A stretch of 64,000 nucleotides of DNA from Hydrolagus affinis. Lineage: Eukaryota. Of the stretch, positions 1-11,340 are shown piece after piece. The stretch is from NCBI GenBank assembly GCA_012026655.1, contig JAAILG010001584.1, forward strand, positions 1 through 64,000, given 5' to 3'. The notes under the pieces were generated by a model. That model ran no database searches. It was given only the letters and a program-made list of their open reading frames with translations, and had not been told where the DNA came from. The position numbers were made by a program, and so were the translations under genes. The first letter of the stretch is position 1. Every line of letters begins with the position of its first letter.

Positions 1-530
1 GTTTTAGGGGCAGGCCGGGAAGGTGGAGGAGGTGAGAGCCGTGCGAATGGAGACGTTGACGAGAGCCAAGGAGTATGGCCTCCGTCTTGTCAACATTCAG
101 CTGCAAGAAATTTGTGCTCATCCAGCCCCTGATGTCTGAAAAGCAGGCTGACAGAACATCAGGGGACTGGGTGTCACAAAGTGAAGTGGAGAAATAGAGT
201 TGGGTGTCATCCGCGTGCATGTGGAAGTGTGCCCCATGTCTGCGGATCACATCCCCAAGAGGAAGCGTGTAGATGAGGAAAAGGAGGGGGCCTAGGATGG
301 ATCCCTGAGGTACCCCGCAGGTAACTGGGTGAGTGCGGGAGGAAAAACCATTTGTGGAGATGTACTGCTGGCGGTTTGTGAGGTAGGACTCGAACCAGGT
401 GAGTGCGGTCCCACTGAGGTGGATGGCGGAGGACAGGCGATGGAGGAGGATGGCGTGGTCGACTGCGTCAAAGGCAGCCGACAGGTCCAGGAGGATAAGG
501 AGGCAGAGGGAACCCTGGTCACAGATAGAG
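1..530 (-). mobile_element. 5'-truncated L2-clade LINE, reverse-transcriptase region, running off the window start
   Basis: Open minus frame [32 protein letters not shown]...CGVPQGSILGPLLFLIYTLPLGDVIRRHGAHFHMHADDTQLY...LQLNVDKTEAILLG. Confidence 0.93.
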
Positions 531-534
531 AGGA

Positions 535-720
535 CGTTGTTAACATATTCCAATTATTAATTGCCCTCTGAGTAAACAAATACTTCCTGGAGTCTGTCTT
601 GAAATTGTCCTTTACAACTCTAAACCTGCGACCTCTTCTACTCTCACGGTGTACCCGAAACTTTGGTTTAAGCTTTACTGTTTCCAATCCCATTTAAAAA
701 GGTTACACACCTCAATAAAG
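535..720 (-). mobile_element. CR1-like LINE 3' coding fragment
   Basis: RGRRFRVVKDNFKTDSRKYLFTQRAINNWN resembles the CR1 ORF2 C-terminus. Other decayed CR1-like pieces: ~2780-3000, 8260-8510, 16660-16920, 24200-24530, 36470-36750, 39340-39560, 43100-43340, 58130-58350. Confidence 0.75.
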
Positions 721-2640
721 GTGTAGAGAATTTTTCGAAGGGCTGTTTTGGGTTGTTGGATGGGTAGAGAGTCTAATACCTGTAGTTCATTTCTGCTTTG
801 GAAAGCTGAGTTAAATTGTTATTCCCCAAAGTGGGAATAACAGTAATGCTGGGATCTGTTTGGAACCAGATTTAATCTTTGGTGAAACTTGGGCAAAACA
901 ATTCGAACAAAGAGGGAATGTATGGTGGGATGTTCCCTCGGGAAAGCTATCAACCAGGACACCTCCAGGAATGGAACGTCCCAACAAAGTGATCCTTACC
1001 AGTGGTGATAGTTATCACTCCACAGACTATAATTCTCCCAACTCTTTACTGACTCAGTTCTGATGAACGGTCGCACCCAAGACATGGTGTTTTGTGGTGA
1101 TCAGCTGTAGCACATCAGCCTATCTAATCTGGCTGTAGCCTATGTCAGCAGCAAGCAAAGCCAAATTAAGTGAAGCACAAAGCATATTTATTCTACAGAT
1201 GCTTGTACACTGCAGGATCTCAGTAATGGGCCTCACAGCCAAACAGTACATTGCTGCAACCAACGTGCCAATTCTCATTGCAAGGTTGCATTTAACCGAG
1301 GTTACCTTCTCCCTCTATCGAATCATTCATTCATTTGAAACGTCTCAAAGCGCTTCACAGAATATACACTGTCAAGTGAATTGACTGTATATTTTTTGTG
1401 GGTGAGCCACAACAGCCAATTGTGCCCAACAGTGTCCCACAAACAGTCAAAAGATTTTTTCTTTATTTTAAAAGAATTATTACACCCGGAAAACTGATCT
1501 GCTAATCGATCAACAACTATTTATTCCCTGGGTAAACAGTGGGGTGTGGAGGAAGAAAATTTGCCCAATGTTTCACCCTACCTGGAATCAAAGGCACTGA
1601 GAAGCTGCCTTATGTTTTCTCTCCAAACCAAAGCATTCAAGTATTGTACATCTTGGCCCTCCAGAGAATAAAATTGGATGGAACTAATTTACAACCTGAT
1701 CTCCTGCTTGAAACCCTGTCACCACAGCTTGCAACGTTAATCCCCAATTGGAGTTGAAATAAAACATACCTTGGCAGATTCCAAATGCTTCGCTTTATAG
1801 AGTTCCTGCAAAGCATTTCACAGCACCCAGCCTTTTAACTGCGGCATAAACCTCAAAGAAATTGCTCTCCTCAATAAAGCTTTTTTGATTAAAAAAAAAG
1901 TGTTGTCACAGTTATGCAGGTAATTCAATAAAGGGTTAAGATGGGATGGAAGCTGGACCTAAAGTGCATTGGTCCTGAAAGACCGTTTAAAAGGGATGTA
2001 CAGGTCAAGTGGAAAAAAATAAGAGACAAGAAGCGTCAAGCAGATCTGGTCAGAAATGTACTTATTTCCATGCCTGAATGAGTGGGTGTCTGTACGAGGC
2101 TACGCCTTTGGGAGAAAATGTATTCCCCCCCTAACCCTCCCCGACCACAGCTCCTCTCTGCTGTCTCTCCCCTGTTATGAGCAGTCGATAGAATGAGCGC
2201 AATTAACATTCCAGGGAATCCACCTGGCCAGGTGTACAGTGGTATTTTCCAACAAGAAATGATTCCCTGACAATTTATCAAAACACAAAAATAAGGTGAG
2301 TGAAGTGTGTCTGAGATGGAGCCAAAGAGTTACTGTCTGCAGATTAGCTTTCACTTTCTCCCCCCATGGGTAACAGGCACTGAGAATAATTATTTTCTGG
2401 GGTCAGCTGGGTCTCTTGACACATGGCGAAACCCACCACAGTGCATAAGAGCATCTAACTCTTACTAAATCTAGTAGAGTCCCAGAGACCAGCAACAACA
2501 AAATGACATCTTTCACAAGGTGCTGACAGCCGAGGACATCCCGAGGACATCCCAAGGACATACTAAGAGAGCTACAGAGGGCTGATATGATTACAACATT
2601 TACAAGGCAATCCAACTCCAAAGACACCCAGTTTATCTTT

Positions 2641-2702
2641 CTCTCCCCCATCACCTCTCTCCCCCATCACCTCCTCTCTCCCCCATCACCTCCTCTCTCC
2701 CT
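2641..2702. repeat. Short tandem repeat, about 3 copies of a 17-22 nt ctctcccccatcacct-containing unit
   Basis: Seen directly in sequence. Confidence 0.85.
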
Positions 2703-3357
2703 CTACACCTCCCCCCCCACCCCCCACCACCACCACCAACCTCCGGAACAAAAGAGTAAATAAGTTAGATAATGTATCAGATAGGTGTTTCCTGGATTTT
2801 TTGTCCCCGTGTGAAGAAGCACTTTGCATTTCTCTAATTTCAATTTCATCTGTTGTCGATCCACCCGATTCTCAAGAATGTTCGGATCTTCCTGTAACCT
2901 ATCCTGCTCATATTCCTCCAAAATAGGTTGGGATATAAATTGCCGCATTTTGTGTGAATAGAATTTTTTTTACTCCAATTGCTGAGATAACTGTACATGT
3001 TAGACCAGCCCTACAATCATCCTGCAATTACAGAGATAGCCCTCAGCATGTTCTGAATTATATATATATATATATATATAGTAGTGTAAGAGATGTCTGT
3101 GGGGGAGATTGTTACATAGGCAATTTATATGCAGGCAGGCATATAGCTGACTGACTGAATGACTGATTGACTGATTGACTGATCTACATTAGGTTCCAGC
3201 CCACGAGGAGTTTCTGAAAGATACAGTTCCTTGGGAGACAAAAATAAGGTGGTACATGAACTCACATTGCTGGAGGGATCTCATATCTTTAGGCACCTTC
3301 AGCCATCAACAGGTGGTTATACCTGTGGTTAAATATCACATTCAGGCGGACGTTAAA

Positions 3358-3690
3358 GATAATAATAAAATAATAATCCTTGCATATGATACAATGCTTT
3401 TCACATCTTATTGAAGTCTCAAAGCATTTCACAGAATATATTGTAAAGTGAATTGACTGTATATTTGTGGGTGAAACGCGGCAGCCAATTGCGCTCGGCA
3501 GTGTCCCACAAACATTCGTGGATTGAAAATGACCAATTTTTATTGTTGCATTTATTTTGGAGGGATTATTCTTAGGCACGTGGAGTAAGGAAACTTGCTC
3601 AAGGTTTCTCCCTGATCTGTCTGGATTCGAACACAGATCTCACCTCACGCATGTAAGGCGAGTGCTCTAACCACTGAGCTACAGGAGCTC
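3358..3690 (-). mobile_element. tRNA-head Deu-domain SINE, representative of the dominant family (dozens of copies in the window)
   Basis: tRNA-like head (tcctgtagctcagtggttagagcact...gttcgaatcc), core gctgtgcgcaattggctgccgcgtttc, tail ctatatcaaatgcaaggat(tat)n. Near-complete copies also at ~10340-10725(+), 11540-11880(-), 22015-22300(+), 23018-23355(+), 29540-29835(+), 32790-33272(-), 53735-54015(-), 56830-57090(-). Confidence 0.88.
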
Positions 3691-6294
3691 AATGGTTAGA
3701 GTGGTGATGATCGCACGGAACTATTCAAAAAGTGAAGCGAGTTTCTCTCCCAGTGTCCTGGCCCTCAACCCACCAAATAAAATTGGTCACTCATCCTGGG
3801 TTCTAAGTGGGACATTGTGTTACGCAAATTGGATGTCGTGATTGCTCCAACAATACAAGTCCACTACACTTCAGGGGGTATACTACCAAGGTCAGTGTGA
3901 TATTCTCCTGACGTAAAAGACACTGGATCCAATGTAAGGATTATTATTGATTTTATTATATGACCCTATATTCCCCTTCCTCCTCACTTCCAATTCTCTC
4001 CCCTGGTGCTCTGAGTTGTATATATATATATAGATATATATATATACAGGAGTTGACACATTTCTCCACAAATTACACTTTTATCTGGATCCCAGATGGT
4101 TAGGTACATCATTAATTTAATATAATATTAATAAATCGTTGCATTTAATATAGCGATTTATCATGCCGTTGAGATGTCTCAAAGCACTTTAAAGGATATA
4201 TTGTAAAGTGAATTGACTGGGTATTTTGAAGGCAAAACATGGCAGTCAATTGCACACAGCAGTGTCCCACAAACAGTCGTGGATTGAGTGACCAATTTAT
4301 TTTGAAAGATTATTTCCCCCACGGAAAGCCTTCCACAAATCAACTAACAATAGGGTTCCTACTTACTACTAGATAAACAGGTTTGTGGAGTAAGGAAACA
4401 TACCTAAAGGAAACATGAAGAATTAAATGAGCTTAGGTCCAAATATTACACAAGTTTTTTTTCTCAAATATTTTTAGTTTGTTTATAAAAGCTGCAAATA
4501 CATTCCCAATCTAAGCATTATCTCAAATTCCAATGACCTGTCAAACCCATCATCCAACTTGTAACATTGAATGTCAATGCACAGATGGAGACCGATTTAC
4601 ACTTTGTGTTAATGGGATGCTGGCAGTGGAATGATGTGTCGATCTGCACAGAACTAGCTGCCACCACCTGCCGTTTTGGGGTGAAAAAATATTTTGTTGC
4701 TGTATTTAAAGCTATTCAGAAAATGCTGGGAGCTGGAATAAGCGTTCACTGCCAAGAAAAGGAAGGGTTCAATGGTTCCCAATGCTGTCTGAATGCTGGC
4801 TTTCCTCCAAAGAGAAAGCTGCGAGGATCATAGAGAGGTAATGATCAATGTAGCTCTAACCCAGAGCAACTGCACAGCGCTTCTGAAGGCTCACCGTGCA
4901 AATAATGATAATAATATAGTACCATTTATGTTAGGAGGGCATCTTTAAATGCTTCACAGGAATTGCCGTACTATGTATTAATGATAATCCTTGCATTTGA
5001 TATAGCACCTTATGACATAATTGAGATGTCATAATTGCAATTGGATGCTGCGTTTCGCCCACAAATATACAGGCAAATTAATTGTAATTGTACAGTATAT
5101 TCTGTGAAGCGCTTTTGAGACGTCTAGAAGATGTGAAAAGCGCTATATCAAATGAAAGGATGATTATTATTAATAGGAAAAGAAACAAAGTTTTTGTTAA
5201 AAAAAAAGCACTTCAGTGCAACGAGATTGGTGATGTGTGCCAGACGTCCAGACCCTGTTGAATTCTTCAAGCCTGGAGTCATCCTGCTTGTTCGACATCG
5301 CACCTTCCCAAGGGGAATGTTACCCTCTTGTGATCAGGTGAACGGAACCGCAGACCTCATTCCAGATGGAATTTTAACAATGTCTCGTACAGCTACAAAA
5401 TTGGTTTCATACCAGGTTAATGCAACTCATCGCTGTGATAATATTGGAACAGTACTGTACACCGAATGGGCCTCGGCTCCTTTCCTCATGTCTGCTTTTG
5501 CCGAATAATGTACATCAAAATGCATCGCAGATCAGTCTGACTGGAACCAGCTGTACTTCCCTCATTCCTTAAGTGAGCGTTACAATGTACCTGCTCTGCA
5601 TCTGATCGCCAACTCTTCCGCCCCGGCTAAAACCGCAACCTCTAATAGATCTCCGGCGCTATTTCATTGTCTACCTCTTCCCCCTCCAAGATGCAATATC
5701 GCGGTCTGAAGATAAGCTTCTTATCTTAAGGGTTATGCCACAAAATCATTGTCCACTCTGCATGACCTTCAACACCACATTGCGATAATACACCAAACTT
5801 TACTCTCCCCCCTATTCGCAGGGCTGTTAATAAACTGTTTGCACATGGCACATCATGAACATGGAGCTGGGTAGCTGTATTGTAAAATACAGAATGTATC
5901 CCCTGATAATAGTTTTATAGATTCCTAAAGGATCAGGAAAGGTCATTTCCTAGCGAACAGCAAATTCCTCAGCCCACCTGGGTATAATCCCTAAACAAAT
6001 AGAAGGTATTTTTAGAGATAATTTTTGTTTAACTTCTGAGCTGCTTCTGCCTGAAGGCAGAAAATGATATATTTTCATAATAAAACTCCCTCATCAGCAA
6101 AAAAAAACTTACCGGACCCCGTGGTGCAAACAGGTTGCAATAGGTTGTAGATTTAGTGATTGCCAAATGTCAGCCATTACATTTGTAAATGTTTTGAGAC
6201 ATTTCATTTTGAGTTCTTTAAAAGAAAGTAGTGTACAGAAAACCAGCTTCGAAATTAATCCCGTTTAAGAATCTGAATTAGTGCTGGAGTCACC

Positions 6295-6870
6295 TCCCCT
6301 CCGTAACATTGTCAAACTCTGCCACCATCTCACCCTGCAGGCCACTAAAACTCATTAATGCCTTCATTACATCCAGGCTCATCTATGCCAACGCTCTGCT
6401 TGTCGGCTTCCCCAATTCCTCCCTTCATAGGCTGCAGATCATCCAGAACTCTGCAGTCTGTATCCTCTCCCGCACCAAGCTCTGTGAATCTATCACCCCC
6501 CATCCTCGCCTGACTTCACTGGCTTCCCATCACCCAAAGGATTCAATTCAAGGTCCTGGTCCTCGCCTTCAAAGCCCTCCATGGCCTTGCCCCCTACCTA
6601 CCTCTGTGACCTCCTAACCCCCTACCAGCCTGTTCATTCGCTCCGCTCAGAGGGCTCCGGTCTGCCAACTCACCATTGTTGGGTGATCCTTCAGCCACTC
6701 TGCCCCAACCTATGGAATTCCATCCCGCAATCCCTCCCCCTTACCCCCTCTCTAGCCACCTTCAAGTCCCGCCTCAAGATCCTCCTTTTCGACTGTGCCA
6801 TCGATCACCCCCCCCTTCCACCTCCTTCCCTAAGGCTGAAGTTGGGATTAAAGTGTGAGACTAAACCCGA
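6295..6870 (+). mobile_element. L2 LINE 3' fragment
   Basis: [39 protein letters not shown] is typical of the L2 ORF2 C-terminus; frameshifted. Confidence 0.9.
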
Positions 6871-9800
6871 GTGGAGAGATTTACCTTACAATTGTGGCAG
6901 CTCTGGGAGTGCTTAAATAAAAGTGTTACATTAGCATTCATTTCTTTGATGAGTGCTAAAAATATAACCTAAAAGCTTAAGACATAAGCACTGGATGTTA
7001 CTGTAGTTCTTTTCATTCGTTATTACAAGTTGGTAGCTTAGTCACCCGTTGACACTTTTTGACGTTGTCAGTCGGAAATGGGCAGACAAAGGCTGAGAAC
7101 TTCTTAACATAACTGGGGACATCAATGTCACACGGAATCCTACCTCAATAGCTGTTAAGCAGCCTGCAACCTCTAGTGTCACTTCTTCAGCTGTATCATA
7201 GAAAACAGGCAACACCTGGAAATTCATCAATAATAATACTCCTTGCATTTGATATAGCGCCTGGCACACACAATATACAGTGAATTCACTTTACAGTGTA
7301 TTCTGTGAAGGTCTTTGAGACTTTGCAACAATATGGTAAGGGCTATCTCAAATGCAAGGATTATTATTCCTGTACTATCACGCAGGATAACACAGGGTAA
7401 AGTGACTGATGCAAAGCCAAATACATGGACGGCAGACTTTACCATGATGAGTAACACTCTCTGGTTGTATTCCAGCAAGGGAGAAGCAAGCCCGAAGGAT
7501 ATTTAAAAAAAAATAATTAAAATGCAAAAAATGTCTGATGAAAAGAAATTCACCCAAAGGGAAAGACAATCAGCAGCTAAAGAGCTTTGACCTTTTGTTG
7601 TTCATTCCTTCGAAAGACCGTGAATACAGAAGACCTCAGGCCTCAGGGCAAATCTTCCCAGCATCATAGTCATTTAACTTTGCTGTTATAGCCAATTTGC
7701 ATTTCGGGAAATACCAATTGTAGTCAGTGATGGTACAATATCTGGACAGAGATGGCATGAACATTATCAGTTATATAAGAATACGGGGAGCGAACAACAA
7801 CAACAACAAAATTATATTTATCGAGCGCCTTTCACGTCGGGAGACGTTCCAAAGAGCTGAACAGTCAGGTCGGGAACCAGGTTCAGTTCATCAAAATGAA
7901 TAATAATAATCCTTGCATTTGATATATCACATCATTGAAATGTCTGAAAGCCCTTCACAGGATGTACTGTAAAATTAATTGACTCTATATCTGGTGGGTG
8001 AAACGCGGCAGCCAATTGCGCACAGTAGTGTCCCACTGTCCCACAAACAGTTGTGGATTGGGTGACTAAATCATTATTATTTTTTAATAGATTCATGTTT
8101 ATTATTAGTGTGTGAATGTGCTTAACCCTCGAACACCATCATCTTGAACTCAGATGAGTCTTGTCTATTTCCAAAGTTGAATTGTAGTGTACGCTTCAAA
8201 GATGATACTTATTAGATTTTCAGCAATGTTTTCAGATAGTTTGTCAATTGGATATATTAGAATATACAGCACAGAAACAGGCCATTCAGCCCATCTTGTC
8301 TATGATAGCATTTATGTTCCATATGCCAATGTGAGGATCAAAACTACACACAGTATTCTAAGTGTGGTCCAACCATGGTTCTATATACGTTTACCATAAC
8401 TTTCCTGCTTTTCATTTCTATCTCTCTAGATATGAACTCCACTGCCTGGTTTGCCTTTTGTATGGCCTTATCAACCTGTGTTGCTACTTTTAGTGAATTG
8501 TGTATTTGATGATTATTATCCTTTATGTTTCAGCTGGACTTTTCCTAGACATCCACGTGGTTAGCCCTTGGTGTGTCCTCCTGATGTGAAAGGTGCTACA
8601 CTGTCATAGCCTGCCATAGTGCAGTGGTGTAATCATCATTCTAAGTTACAATATTGCCCCCAAGCAAAAATATTTGAATTTTAGAATAAATCAAACCCAT
8701 ACTTGGGGTTGTTTCTATGCAGACAAGAGCTTCCATGGATTCATTTCAAACAGATCTCTGTAGCTCAAGTTGAGTAATTTGTATGACAAATTATCTGAAA
8801 ACATTACTGAATTTCTCATAAGTATCTTCAAAGTGTACAAATCTCAAAGGATTTACTGTAAAATCTAGTAACTCATCTATTATTTTGGCAACCAATTCAC
8901 ACAGCAAAATACTCACTGGAGAATACGCATTCTGATTGATAATCTGCAGTACGGTGTCACAGAAGAAGCTTCAGAGTATGATCAAGCTCTGGGTGTCAGA
9001 TTCAGTCTCTCCTTTGCACTTGCAGCCAGGAAGCAATGCAAAATGTTGTGGCTCCATCATTCAGTTCCATTTCAGTGTCCAGCCCCTGACATGTGGCAAC
9101 AGTGAAAACCAGTGACTATAGCACTAGCGCTCTGTGTAGTTGCAGTTGTGCAATTGATGATCTCTTGAATTGCCCTATTCGGGTGTGTTTTGAGTGAAAC
9201 CTGCTGAAATAGGCCAATTTATGTTGTTTCTATGTTGAGAATTTTTGTTTCATGCACAAACTGGTTAGAATGATGGAATGCCCCGCTGGGAGCAGAGGAT
9301 GAAGGCGTAATCCCAATTATCTTCTAATAATAATAATAATCATAATAATCCTTGCATTTGATATAGTGCCTCAATGGTTCTAGGTAAGAAAAGGAGTAGA
9401 TTACAGGGGAAAAGTATGGGTGAAGGACAAATAAATGGGACTGAAAGAATTGCTCTTGAAAGAGCCAATACAACAACAACTTTGATTGAACACATACACA
9501 ATGAGCAAAATGACCTTGTTCTGTGGTTCTTTGTTAACATTGTGGCTGTAGAATGCAAGTTGGATTAATAGCCCATGAGCTAACCAAGTTCAAATGGATA
9601 GCATGTGCCTCTAATGATGAAATGAATTACAGGTAATTCTCTCATCTTATTATTAGTTCATTATATCATTAAGGACATGTGTATGCATTTGAGCACAGGT
9701 TTGCCCATGGTTTATGGTTGGACCAACTTCCATTTTAGACCCTAGCAATGGCATGTGGTGATGATTGCAATGCAGAGAAATAAGTGAAATCAAACTGTTT

Positions 9801-11230
9801 TTGCTGGATGTTGTATTTCAGCTGAATTAGTGATTAGTAACGGGTGACAGCCCAATCCTGGAAACAATCGGATAGAACCTGAAGCTTGCTATATCATTGC
9901 TATGTCATATAGCAATAAGGTGTTACATAAAACGGGAGGCATTTGTAATATCAGACACACTTAAGTATCAAAAAGCATTGCTTCATTAGATCAACGTCTT
10001 ATACAAGTCGATTTTGTGGCTTGCCTTTTTTAGAACTTGGATGCATCTTTCCATGTTTCCATATAGACGCTCTATGAATAGATTCCCTATAAAGATGCAA
10101 CCAAGTTACAAGAAAGATTTGAAAGTCACGTCTAAAGTTTGTTTAAGATTTTTTCTTAATATTCCATGGGTTGCAATCCCTTGAACCATAGAAACCAACT
10201 ATAACTGATGGTTTTGCAAGAATCCTTGCATTTGACATTATTATGTTGGTGAGGCATCTCAAACAACAGGATAGATTGTAAAGGATATATATTATTCACC
10301 TTCAAAAATTGTCTCACACTTATACTATTACCACAGCAGTCGAGTACGTTAGTGGTCAGAGCACTCACCTTGTAAGCGAGAGGACCTGGGATTGATTGCC
10401 GGGCAGGGTGAAATATTGGGCAAGTTCCCTTACTCCACATGCCTCTGATCAGCTAGCAGTAAGTAGGAACCCGGTTGTTTGTTGATTGACAGATCGCATT
10501 TCGGGGGTAATAATCCCTCCAAAAATTAAATTAAGTTGGTCACTCAATCTGTTAACAACTGTTTGTGGGACAATGCTGTGCACAATTAGCTGCTGTGTTG
10601 CACCCACAAAATATACAATAAATTCAACAACAACAATTCACCTTTCAGTCTATTATAAAGCGCTTTGGGACGTCAATGTGAAAAACGCTATATCAAATGC
10701 AAGGATTATTATTATATTATTATGACCAATTACTATTTGCTATTATTATGTATTACGAACGTTTATCACTATTTATTATTAATAAGTAGAATTGATGTTC
10801 GATATGAAATATTATAGTTGAATGATTATTCTGAATGATTATTTTATTATTTTCATTAGCACAAATATAGTCAATTCACTTCACAGTATATTCTGCAAAG
10901 CGCTTTGAGACGTCTAGAAGACGTGATAAGGTGTTAATATCAAATGCAAGGATTATTATTTTTATTATTGCCTCTACTATCCTGTCAGCCAGGGCGTGGC
11001 TGGGAGTTGTAGTCAATTGGTTGCTCCCTGGGCAGAGCTGACTACAACTCCCGGCGTGCAGCGGGCGGGGTTCTCGGAGCATGCGCACTGTCGCCATCGC
11101 GCCCAGGAGACGAACTACATCTCCCGGCGTGCACGGCGCGGCGCATGCGTAACCGCGGAACGTCAAGGAGAGGGCCTAGACCTGGAGCCCAGGCCATTCC
11201 CTGGTGAGAGGAGGGGATTTCAAGCGGCTC

Positions 11231-11250
11231 CACACACACACACACACACA
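11231..11250. repeat. (CA)10 microsatellite just upstream of the SLC35B4 ATG
   Basis: Seen directly. Other microsatellites: (TA)n ~3059-3080, ~4020-4045, ~52226-52249; (TC)n ~11479-11500; (GAAT)n(CAAT)n ~36817-36862. Confidence 0.95.
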
Positions 11251-11263
11251 ACTCCCGGTCAAC

Positions 11264-11340
11264 ATGCACCCAGGCTTCGCTGTGGCCCTGGTGTTCACCG
11301 GCTGCACCAGCAACGTGGTGTTCCTGGAGCTGCTGGTCAG
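11264..11340 (+). CDS. SLC35B4: SLC35B4 coding exon 1
   Basis: aacATGc start; MHPGFAVALVFTGCTSNVVFLELLV(R); donor gtgagt. Confidence 0.95.

Larger units (their letters stand above)
1000..6911 (-). pseudogene. Candidate spliced pseudogene or lncRNA divergent from the SLC35B4 promoter
   Basis: AG..GT-bounded segments 6885-6911, 6113-6215, 3266-3322, 1770-1805, 1000-1104 join in one frame with three stops; no confident homology. Confidence 0.4.

Noticed and set aside
5194-5700. 104-aa ORF and a GGGGCGGAAG-containing, mildly CpG-rich stretch
   Set aside because: No recognisable domain or supporting splice pattern; it could be a regulatory element but I cannot support that
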